From Bigelowiella natans CCMP2755 (taxonomy: Eukaryota > Protista > Cercozoa): DNA of 64,000 nucleotides. The stretch lies in contig ADNK01002524.1 of assembly GCA_000320545.1 (NCBI GenBank), positions 1 through 64,000 of the forward strand. Direction: 5' to 3'. The translations under genes and the position numbers were made by a program. Positions 1 through 9,348 of the stretch are shown one piece after another. How positions within the stretch are numbered: the stretch's first letter is position 1; each line of letters opens with the position of its first letter. The notes under the pieces are model-generated. The model saw only the letters and a program-made list of their open reading frames with translations. It was not told the DNA's origin and searched no databases.

Positions 1-146
1 ATCTACCTACCTAACCCTAACCCTAACCCTAACCCTAACCCTAACCCTAACCCTAACCCTAACCCTAACCCTAACCCTAACCCTAACCCTAACCCTAACC
101 CTAACCCTAACCCTAACCCTAACCCTAACCCTAACCCTAACCCTAA
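1..146. repeat. Telomeric (CCCTAA)n array, left chromosome end
   Basis: Uninterrupted CCCTAA hexamers from about position 9 to 146 at the very start of the window; reads TTAGGG on the minus strand. Confidence 0.97.
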
Positions 147-1589
147 GTGACAATGGTGATGACGATGATTCACAACAGACATGGCAATGCCATGCACACC
201 ATGCATGTGCAACATTGCGTTGTCTGCAATGAGCATTCCTTCACAGTGACACCATGCACACTGCACGTGCATGACATTGCGTTGTCTGGAACGTTCAGGT
301 TGTGAAGAGCAAGAGCAAAGGGTTCACTGGCACCATGCAGCACAAGACGAGGAGAAGGGCCTTGCAGATGGCTCTGACCACTGCGAAGAGGAAGAGGGAT
401 CGAGCTGAGCGCATGAAGATGGACAGTCTCAAGCACGAAACGGAAGCTAGCAGATTTCTTCTCCTTCTTCGTGATGGTCTCACGCACAGGCTGTTGGTGG
501 ATTCTGAAGGTGAAAACGTGTGTGACGATGGTCTTGAAGATCTCAGTGCCAAGCAGGCGTTGCGTGTGCAATTGCAAGCAACCGCAATTTGTCATCATCA
601 CGTTCACATGGGCAACGAATTGGAATCAGGACGAAGACCCGCGCAAGCGGACGCTTGCGCTGCTGCGGGAGAACGGTGCGTTCCGAAGGCAGTTGAACGC
701 ATCGCAACGTGAGTGATGCACGTCACTCATGCATCGTGTGGAAGTGTGTGTGTGTGTGTGCTTCATTGCCATGCTCACCACACACTTCGCACTGCTGGAC
801 TGGTGTGCATGCACCAGCAATTGTCACGTCGATGCAATGATCACTGGTGTGCATGAACCAGTTGTTCGTGTGATGTGGCTGGCGTGCGATGCGGTGATGG
901 TGTGCGTTGTTCGTTTCTCATTGCGTGTGTGTGCTGTGCGTCACACATTGCTCAGGTTGCAGCCAGCACAGTTGTGGATTGGCTGAGAGATCACGTGAAC
1001 AAGCACGATGGGGCCGGTTTCAGTTTCGATCATCGCGGGCTGTGGAAACGCAGCTGGTTGCTGAACGAAGAGGACGTGCTGCTCAAGTTCAAAACCTTTT
1101 GCAAGACGAACATGGCAAAGTTGTCTGTCAGTCTAGCCACTGTGTTTGTGAACGAAACGTTGCTTGCCGACGTCACCACACAGCAGCTGAGAAGAGCAAA
1201 GCTGCAGTTTCCCGTCAGCCGAGCAACAGTTCACTCTTGGATGAGGCGCTGCGCCATCATTCACAAGCATCGACACAAAGCTGACTGCTGCACAGACGTG
1301 CACGAGCGACCGGACGTTGTGATTTGCAGAGCACAACACGTGCGAAACGTGATGAAGTGTGAATTGCGACAACACACGTGGTTGCAAGTGACGCAGAGCG
1401 AGAGCGAAGAGCATCGCAAAAAGCATCCTGAAATGTCTGAAGGCCACAAATGCATTGATGGAGATGGTGTCAACATGGTCGAGCACCACGTCGACGATTG
1501 CGAAGATTTCACACGTCCACGATCGAAGATCCAACACGGTGGATGCCTCTCTGTCAGGATGCCTGAGAGGGCAGCACCTCTGGACCACT

Positions 1590-1866
1590 TGTGAAACTGT
1601 GCCCAGCGACCAGTTGAGTCGCGGTGGAGGGTGCGTTGGGTTGGCACTAGCAGAGGGCGCAAAGGTTGCGCGGGAAAGGGTTTCGCTGTTTCGGCCATTG
1701 CGCAGTTGTGGACTGCGCGGCGCACTTTCATTGCGTGTTCTGTGGAGCGTTCTGAGAATGCTCCGACCCAAGTTGGCACTCATCACTTTTCAACAGGACA
1801 AACAAGCTTGCTGCTGGCTCATTGCTGCAGGCTGCTGCGCACCTGTCGGGTCTTGACAGGAACAGA
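1590..1866 (+). repeat. 5' LTR of Copia element
   Basis: Starts TGTGAAAC; direct repeat of 6475-6751. Confidence 0.95.
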
Positions 1867-1877
1867 GGTCATGAGCC
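1867..1877 (+). promoter_or_regulatory. Primer-binding site, copia-type half-tRNA-iMet (GGTCATGAGCC, probably from GGTTATGAGCC)
   Basis: Immediately follows the 5' LTR. Resembles the GGTTATG(G/A)GCC PBS of Drosophila copia-like elements, with TA changed to CA. Confidence 0.6.
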
Positions 1878-4800
1878 TCACTGGCGGAAAAGGGATGTTC
1901 GCAGTCGCCAAGAACCTCAAGTTGAGGGCGGACGACTTCGAAGGCCACATTGAAGAGATCGACGACTACTTTGCCATCATGGACTTGATGGACATGTTTG
2001 CGTTGCCTGGTTTGATCGGGAAGAAAGAGAAAATTCTGGTGACCGTGAAGGAGGAAGACAAAGCAAAAAAAGAAAAAGGAATTGTCAAGGTGGACGCCAA
2101 AGTGGATGTAGGAACAGCCAAAGAGGCGAAGTTCGATGATGAAGTTTGTCTGCACCAAGTCTTTGCTGTTTTTGGAGGCACTTTGGAGGAGGAATGCATG
2201 TCACCTTCTCAGGCTTTGCAAACGCCCGACTGGTCATTTCGGGAGTTTGCAAAGACTCTTCCAAAGGACTCCAGGAAGAAAAGGAGAAAAGGATTTGCTG
2301 CACTCAGTCTCACTCTGGAAGACTGCAAACACCCAAAACAAAACACTGATGGAGATCCCGCTGAACTTTGGTGCAACACACTCCTGGAGTTCGAGGGACC
2401 GAGCTTCATGAGACATGTCGCTGTTCTGAAGAGCACAGTCAGTCTCACTTTGGACAATTGTGGTGGGGATTTTGCCAAGTGCGTCGGGACATTGACGAAG
2501 CACTTTGGCAAATTGGAAAGTTTGGGATCGAAGCATTCGGATCAAGAGCGAGTTGGCTTTTCACTTCTTGGATTGCCTGAGGCGGAATTTGACTCAGTTG
2601 CTGCAGTCATCGAAAACCTCAGTGCAATGAAGTTTCAGGATGTTGTCACAAGAACATCAGCTCATTTGAGAAGGAAGCAAGGTGATGAGGGAAACATGCT
2701 TGGGAACATCGGGAACAACAGTGAGAGCAACCAGCCCACTGGTTGGAACAACAGCAATGGGGGACGCTCGGCCTTCCGTGGAGTTTGCTTCTGGTGTGGC
2801 AAACAGGGCCACTCTGAGCGGTTCTGCAAATCTCGCATCGCAGGAAAACCTGAAACGCACACTGGGGGTCGAAAATCTGAGGAAAAATTGGGGAGCATTG
2901 AGCAGGAAGGAAGGGGTTTGGACTTGGGTTCGATCACTCCATTCTTCAACACATGCAACTCAATTTTTCTGCCGAAGGGGTGCTCAATGTTGGATGGGGG
3001 GTGCGGTGGGCACATCGTGAATGGCCCAGATTGGTTCGTGTCTCATGCACCTGGTGCGAACGAACCTCGCATCGTTTTGGCCGATCACAAGACTTCTTTT
3101 CGACCCCGTGGATCTGGCACTGTTTCAGTGCAATCATCGACTGGAAAAATCATGCATCTGAGCAACGTGGCGCACGTTCCGGAGCTGAAAGGGTGTCACA
3201 TCGCTCAACGACGTCTGCGCGTAGATGATGTGAAATGTCAGATCAGGCATGAGAACAAGGGGGAGGCAATCGACTTCCACATCGACAACGAAATTGTCGG
3301 ATCGACGGAGATTGGTCAGGAATGTGATTTGCATTGTTTCAAGGGTGCTCCTGCCAGGAAGGGAACTGCGCCAAACGCGCTGCATGGACACAAGTTTGGG
3401 GACACTGGTGTGCGCAAATGGCATTTGTCTTCATGTCATGCGCCTGCTGAAACCATTCGTCGATTGCAAAAGTGTTCCAAGGGCCTCAAGGTGAATGGCA
3501 AGGCAACTGCTTCGAAGACGGGCGACAAGGGTTCGGGTGCGGGCGACCAGGGTTTGGGCACTGATTCGAACAAATCAGACATCATGGACACTGAGGAAGT
3601 GTGCGAGCGCTGCGAGACTAGTTTTCAACGTGAGAAGACATTTCACCGCAAACCTGACCACTCAGCGAAGAAGTTCCTACCGGGTCAGGTGGCCAGGGGT
3701 GACCTCAAAGTGAAACCATCACGGTCTCGCAAGGGATTCATTCACCATCTTCTGTTGGTGGATGAGGGTTCGAGAGTTCTACACGGTCGTCCTCTGCGCA
3801 CTGAAAACGTTTTTCGTGAGTGTGTGGAATGTGTTCGATGGATCGAGCGCATGTCTGGGCGACAACTCAAGTGCTTCTGCGCTGATGGGGGTGGTGAATT
3901 TGTTGATTCGAAAATTTCTTCGTGGAATGAGAAGAAGGGCATCGAAGAGAAGTTCTCTGCTGCCGAGTCGCAATCCACCAATGGGCAGACTGAAAACCGT
4001 GTTGGTTGGGTCACAAGGGCTGTGCTCAAGGTTTTGAATGCAGCGGAATTGCCTCACACCTGGTGGCCGGAAGCTCTGGAACACGTGTTGCATGCTCACA
4101 ATCGCATGCCACACAAGTTCCACAACTGGCGTGCTCCCATCGAAGCTCTCACTGGACATCCTCCTGATGCATCTCATTTGAAACCTTTTGGCTGCATCGG
4201 ATGGGTGCGAATCAAAGACAGTGAGCTCAGAAAAGGAACATTCATGGATCGGGCTGCACGTTGCCGCATGCTTGGACATGACACTGCTCATGGTGTGCAC
4301 AAGGTGCTCACAGACGCAGGGAAGATTGTGCGTTCTGAGCATGTCAGACTGTTGGATGCTGAGTTCAAGTTCCCTGACAAGGATCCCAGTGTGCTCACTC
4401 GCGCTGAGTCACCAGATCTTGTTTTCGATGCTGAGGGCTCTGTCAGCGCTGAGGAGTGTGCAGATGTGCCTTCACTCGAGCCCCTCGCCGCCGACTTCCC
4501 GGACTCAGATTCTGATTCGGGTTCAGTGTCTGGTGCCGACAACGACGACGATGCTGTCCAGGACTGTCGCAAGCATGATGCGTGTGGGGAGGATGGCTTC
4601 GTCCCAGGTTCGGCGACTGATCCACAGACCACTTCCAGCGACGACTCGAAGCAGGGGGAGAGGCCGCGACGTGAGCGGAAGGCACGCTTCCAATTCGTCC
4701 CTGGAACCGGAAAAGGCGAGCATGATGGACTTCAGCACATCCATTCGTCTGCACTCAAGAAGATCTCGGATTCAGAGGATCATTCTGGCAAAATCTCGAC

Positions 4801-6367
4801 TCCACATGCTCTTGGATCTGTGGAACCCTGTGAACCCAAGTCCTGCGAAGAAGCCATTCAGACTCCGGGTTGGAACAAGAGTGTGGATGAGGAGCTAGCT
4901 GCTTCAGAACGCAATGGCACTTGGGAAGTGGTTGGAATCGAGAAAGCAGGACGCAATGAGCTCGTCACTCACATCTGGGTGCACAAGGAGAAGACAGACA
5001 AGACTGGCAAAGTGAACAGGTCAAAGAGCAGGCTTTGTGCTCGGGGATTCACACAGACTGGTGCAACCTTCAGTGACAAGTTTGCTCCTGCAGTTCGAAT
5101 GGAAACCATGCGTGCAGTCATCGCCTGTGCTGTCAAGCATGGACTCAAAATCTGTCAGGCCGATGTGAACAACGCTTTCCTGCATGGAGTCCTCCAGGAA
5201 CCGGTGTGCATGGAGACACCCAAGCACATGAGAGACAAGTGCTCACATCGCAAGTGTGCACTTGAGCTCAAGAAGGGCATCTGTGGGCTCAAGGTTGGTG
5301 CCAAGGCATGGAACGAGGAGTTCAATCGTCACGTGTTGGATTTGGGATGCAAGCAACTGGAATCCGATCCCTGTGTGCACATCAAACGCGAACATGGCAA
5401 GATTTGCATCGCGTGTCTGCATGTTGACGACCTCATCTGTGCTTCCGACTCCGAAGATCTCAAGAATGAGTTGTTTGAGACAACACGTGAGCTCCATGGA
5501 CTCAAGGACACGTCACGACTTGATCACGTGTTGGGAATCGAGGTGACCACTGACTCAGGGGGAGTTCATTTGAATCAGCGAGCGCACATCGAAAAGAAGC
5601 TGAGGGAGTTTGGATTTCACGAATGCCGTGCAAGCAAGGTGCCAATGCTCGACTCTGGGAACATGACCCTAGATCCTGATGGAGAACTCTGCGACGAGAA
5701 GCTCTGTCGTGCTGAGATTGGTTCACTGGCCTGGACAGCCACTTGCACTCGACCTGACACCAGCTTTGCTCTCTCCAAACTCTCCAGATGTCTCAACTCT
5801 GCAAAGGTGTCCCACATGCAAGCTGCAGATCGTGTGTTCAAGCATCTTGCTGGCACCATGGGGCACAAACTGCGTCTCAAGTCTGACTCTGGTCCGTCGG
5901 AGCTTCGCGTGCACGTGGACGCTGATCACGCTGGTTGCAAGGATGCTCGACGTTCGACATCGGGATGCATCGTCGAACACAATGAGTCTGCCATCGTTTG
6001 GAAATCTGAAAGGCAATCTGGTGCTCCTGTCAAATCCACTGCTGAAGCGGAGCACATTGCAGCATCAGAATCTGTTTCCGACGCAAAATGGCCATCAACA
6101 CTCCTTCGTGAGCTTGGAGAAACTGTTTCTAGTCCCATTTTCGTCATGGAGGACAACAATGCATGCATCAAGATGGCTGAGAATCCAGTGGTGTCTCAAC
6201 GCTCCAAATCGATCGACATCAAGTTCCACATCATTCGCCACTTGGTCAAGGCAGGCGAGTTCAAAGTGGAGCGTGTTTCGACCGATGATCAGGTTGCAGA
6301 CGGGATGACCAAGTCTGTTGGGTCCGACAAGCTCGGGTTGGTGATTGCGAGGCATTTTGGAACGTGA
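1871..6367 (+). CDS. Copia gag-pol polyprotein (open frame but hypermutated, probably non-functional)
   Basis: CCHC knuckle CFWCGKQGHSERFC; protease MLDGGCGGH; integrase WH..CH..C..C, LVDE, ADGGGEF and NGQTENR; RT SRLCARGF, DVNNAFLHG and LHVDDL; RNase H DADHAG, EAEHIA, EDNNAC and QVADGMTK. Integrase precedes RT. Confidence 0.93.
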   Translation: MSLTGGKGMFAVAKNLKLRADDFEGHIEEIDDYFAIMDLMDMFALPGLIGKKEKILVTVKEEDKAKKEKGIVKVDAKVDVGTAKEAKFDDEVCLHQVFAVFGGTLEEECMSPSQALQTPDWSFREFAKTLPKDSRKKRRKGFAALSLTLEDCKHPKQNTDGDPAELWCNTLLEFEGPSFMRHVAVLKSTVSLTLDNCGGDFAKCVGTLTKHFGKLESLGSKHSDQERVGFSLLGLPEAEFDSVAAVIENLSAMKFQDVVTRTSAHLRRKQGDEGNMLGNIGNNSESNQPTGWNNSNGGRSAFRGVCFWCGKQGHSERFCKSRIAGKPETHTGGRKSEEKLGSIEQEGRGLDLGSITPFFNTCNSIFLPKGCSMLDGGCGGHIVNGPDWFVSHAPGANEPRIVLADHKTSFRPRGSGTVSVQSSTGKIMHLSNVAHVPELKGCHIAQRRLRVDDVKCQIRHENKGEAIDFHIDNEIVGSTEIGQECDLHCFKGAPARKGTAPNALHGHKFGDTGVRKWHLSSCHAPAETIRRLQKCSKGLKVNGKATASKTGDKGSGAGDQGLGTDSNKSDIMDTEEVCERCETSFQREKTFHRKPDHSAKKFLPGQVARGDLKVKPSRSRKGFIHHLLLVDEGSRVLHGRPLRTENVFRECVECVRWIERMSGRQLKCFCADGGGEFVDSKISSWNEKKGIEEKFSAAESQSTNGQTENRVGWVTRAVLKVLNAAELPHTWWPEALEHVLHAHNRMPHKFHNWRAPIEALTGHPPDASHLKPFGCIGWVRIKDSELRKGTFMDRAARCRMLGHDTAHGVHKVLTDAGKIVRSEHVRLLDAEFKFPDKDPSVLTRAESPDLVFDAEGSVSAEECADVPSLEPLAADFPDSDSDSGSVSGADNDDDAVQDCRKHDACGEDGFVPGSATDPQTTSSDDSKQGERPRRERKARFQFVPGTGKGEHDGLQHIHSSALKKISDSEDHSGKISTPHALGSVEPCEPKSCEEAIQTPGWNKSVDEELAASERNGTWEVVGIEKAGRNELVTHIWVHKEKTDKTGKVNRSKSRLCARGFTQTGATFSDKFAPAVRMETMRAVIACAVKHGLKICQADVNNAFLHGVLQEPVCMETPKHMRDKCSHRKCALELKKGICGLKVGAKAWNEEFNRHVLDLGCKQLESDPCVHIKREHGKICIACLHVDDLICASDSEDLKNELFETTRELHGLKDTSRLDHVLGIEVTTDSGGVHLNQRAHIEKKLREFGFHECRASKVPMLDSGNMTLDPDGELCDEKLCRAEIGSLAWTATCTRPDTSFALSKLSRCLNSAKVSHMQAADRVFKHLAGTMGHKLRLKSDSGPSELRVHVDADHAGCKDARRSTSGCIVEHNESAIVWKSERQSGAPVKSTAEAEHIAASESVSDAKWPSTLLRELGETVSSPIFVMEDNNACIKMAENPVVSQRSKSIDIKFHIIRHLVKAGEFKVERVSTDDQVADGMTKSVGSDKLGLVIARHFGT

Positions 6368-6465
6368 ATTGAGTGACTGGAGGATGCAGGCTGCCGTGGG
6401 GTGGGGAACCTCCAACATTCAAGTTGTCTAGTCATGCGACGTTGCAACGTCAAGGTTTGCACGTC

Positions 6466-6474
6466 GAGGGGGAG
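6466..6474 (+). promoter_or_regulatory. Polypurine tract
   Basis: GAGGGGGAG immediately precedes the 3' LTR. Confidence 0.8.
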
Positions 6475-6751
6475 TGTGAAACTGTGCCCAGCGACCAGTT
6501 GAGTCGCGGTGGAGGGTGCGTTGGGTTGGCACTAGCAGAGGGCGCAAAGGTTGCGCGGGAAAGGGTTTCGCTGTTTCGGCCATTGCGCAGTTGTGGACTG
6601 CGCGGCGCACTTTCATTGCACGTTCTGTGGAGCGTTCTGAGAATGCTCCGACCCAAGTTGGCACTCATCACTTTTCAACAGGACAAACAAGCTTGCTGCT
6701 GGCTCATTGCTGCAGGCTGCTGCGCACCTGTCGGGTCTTGACAGGAACAGA
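6475..6751 (+). repeat. 3' LTR of Copia element
   Basis: Direct repeat of 1590-1866, followed by the CCACT TSD. Confidence 0.95.
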
Positions 6752-7789
6752 CCACTGGGGCCAAGATGAATCTGTGCACAAGGTTTGCAGTGAGAAGAGT
6801 TGTCACTGGATGGTGAATGGCGTGGTTGGGTCAAGAAAAAAACACGATGGCCCAGGGTTGATGGTTGGCGCGTTTCAAAATGAAAAAAGAGGTTTTGGGT
6901 TGCCTTTGTCTGCAGAAGATCTGAAGGCAGCAAACGATGTGCGCGCTGAAAAGAAACCTGATGCTCCCACTTTGAAGTGCACCCCAGGTCTGACACTTTT
7001 GAAACGTGGCAAAAATGAAGATGGCCATTGGAACTGCGACGTGTTCAAGTCTCAAGTGATTGATTTTTTGGACGCATTTGAACACCTTCATCCGGAGTGG
7101 AAATTGCTGTTGGAGATTGATTGGAGCACAGGCCACGGGTGTCATGAAAAAGATGCATTGTCAGCGAAGAATGTGAACGTGAATTGTGGTGGAAAACAAA
7201 GCACACCTAGAGACACAACTTTGACTCAGGGATGTTTGGGCGCTGGTGCAATTTGCAGTGCAGGGGAGGTCCAGAGTTTCGTTTTCGGCAAAAACGACAA
7301 CCCCCCATTCTGTGACATCTTTGCGCCTGAAGATGATGTTCACATGTGTGATGAGAATGGAGCCATCATGCAGCATCAAGATGGAAAGAAAAAGGGTCAA
7401 CCTGTGTTGGTGAAGGAAGGCCATGTCGGCAAACCTGAGGGTGTCAAGCAAGTGCTACATGAAAGAGGACTGTGGCAAGATGGAATGACTGCAGAAGGAA
7501 AGTCTAGCAAGTGGGAAGGCGCAGATGAAAAAAAGAGTGCTGGGCTCACCTCATCCAAGTGTCCTGATTTTGAAGCGGAAAAACCTGAGTCAGCGAAGAC
7601 ATCACAGACACGCGGTCACATTCTCGTCATGTCGCCTAAAGGTGAATCGAACCCATGCGTGCACACACACACACACACACACACTCTCTCTCTCTCTCTC
7701 TCTCTCTCTCACGCACACATGCACATGGATGTGGACACAGAAATGGAAATGCACACGTGCATGCATGCATGCACGTGTGTGCATGTGTG

Positions 7790-7828
<39 letters not shown>

Positions 7829-8203
7829 ATGTCACAACGCAGGTCATCCTCAGCTTGCCGGGGTTGGGATTGAGTGCAGCTGGGGGAAATCAAAGTGCGA
7901 ACGGCGCCGCACACCTGTTGAGCAGCGCACATCCAAGAATTTTGTGGCAGACCTACATGAATTATTGACGTCAGATGAAATGTTGAGCCTCCTGCGAGTG
8001 CGAAAGTTTGGAAGAAGAACAAGAGATCATCGTCGAGCACACTGGAACCTGGATGAGGCCAATCCTTTGCAACCGCAAGAGAAAAAGGACATCGAAAGAA
8101 TGAGGAAACTACAAAAGTCTCACCGTTGCATTCTGAATCAAGAGCATAAGTTCCTACAAAATGCACAACATGCGCGAATGTGACACCTGTAGTCGTGCAC
8201 CAC

Positions 8204-8244
<41 letters not shown>

Positions 8245-9245
8245 ACGCGATGTGTGCAGTGGGGTCGTACGAACGACCAGCATCGAAGAGAGATTTGAAA
8301 CATGAATGCAATGCGATTTTTACCTAAATGAAGACAAAATAACGTGGTTCCTTTTGGCCAATGTTCCTAAACATTGTTCATTTAGGCTTGTCGTTTATCC
8401 TAAACTTACTACATGAAAGAATATTTGACAGAAACCTCTACATCTTTCTTAACACATACCCACTGTACTTTGAGTATGAAAGCTCCACGTATTTACCTAG
8501 AAAAAAATGTGCTCTTTGCGCTGGTTCAACTCCGATGTAAAACAGAGCCATACTTACGGAGTTAAAGTGTTATCAATTTTTATCCGTTTCTTGGGCTAAC
8601 CTCCCCTGTATGAGAAACCCGGACATTTAAAGACCAAAAGCCGGACAAAAGCCCCCGCCTTTTCCTCAAAGCTGTAGTGTCAAATGTGTAAATTATGTAT
8701 ATATCCGAAGGTTATAGGATTTCACCTTAATTTTGTGTCCAGGTTTTGTGAACAAGGAGCGACATCAGAGGTTGCTTGCTCAAGAAACATGGACGATCCG
8801 AAATTTTATTTTGCATTCCGAAATTTTATTGTGCCACATTTTGCCCGGATTTCGTCGAAATGTGGCACAAAATCTTAGTGGTTCCCACCCTAGTGTTTTT
8901 TGTTGCATAGAGTGGTTGAATGATGCAAGGATGTTTTGGCGCACATTCCCCATGCTGAATTTGTCGACCCATAAGTTATCCTGGCACTGACCGGTGTTCT
9001 TGGATATTGTCCGGTTCCAGCGCACCGTGTTGCCGTGTTGTGCACGGCAGTTTCTCTCAGGAACAGAGAACAGCATGATCATCATTACTTCCTAAATTAT
9101 CAAAAAACTAGAAAAATGTGCATATACGTGTATGTCGCCAATGATTTGTTGATGCAAATTTGCCATGTTTTAATTTAATTTGTGCGATGGCGAGCTTACG
9201 GAATTAAGCGGAGTAGTTTCAAAAACAAGCACCCCGACGCGCAAG

Positions 9246-9316
9246 GTGATGATGATGATGATGATGATGATTATGATGATGGTGGTGATGGTGGTGGTGA
9301 TGATCAGATGATGATA

Positions 9317-9348
<32 letters not shown>

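Larger units (their letters stand above)
1590..6751 (+). mobile_element. Full-length Ty1/Copia LTR retrotransposon
   Basis: 277-bp LTRs at 1590-1866 and 6475-6751 differ at 2 nt. CCACT target-site duplication at 1585-1589 and 6752-6756. PBS-like and PPT sites are present, with a single gag-PR-IN-RT-RH ORF. Confidence 0.97.
956..8183 (+). pseudogene. Tc1/IS630-like DDE transposase with long insertion domain, split by a Copia insertion, intron-containing and hypermutated
   Basis: Removing the LTR element restores the frame APLDH|WGQDES. Motifs: DVHERPDVV, QDES (D1), GKNEDGHW, EIDWSTGH (D2), GGKQ, KQVLHERGLW, PDF, PKGHPQLAGVGIE (E). Intron 7642-7842 (GT..AG) splices PK-G-HPQ in frame. Tyrosines are replaced by H/C/R. 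The 5' end (about 300-955) is not resolved. Confidence 0.75.

Noticed and set aside
3-272. (LG)n ORF, and the poly-H, poly-M and CVCV ORFs elsewhere
   Set aside because: They are translations of telomeric and microsatellite repeats.
1631-1870. N-terminal 80 aa of the 1578-aa ORF, and of the 6516-8183 ORF, as real protein or a gag-transposase fusion
   Set aside because: This is LTR sequence that reads open only because stop codons are depleted. Gag probably starts at ATG 1871 and the transposase resumes at 6757.
1871-6367. Alternative genetic code or RNA editing as the explanation for missing tyrosines
   Set aside because: Host genes in the same window use TAY for conserved Tyr. TpA is lost in all frames and in non-coding DNA, and Tyr becomes either His or Cys.
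1590-6751. ADAR-type editing of the retroelement RNA before reverse transcription
   Set aside because: Changes are on both strands and extend into the flanking DNA transposon, its intron and MITEs, which have no RNA intermediate. UAG, the preferred ADAR context, is the one spared.
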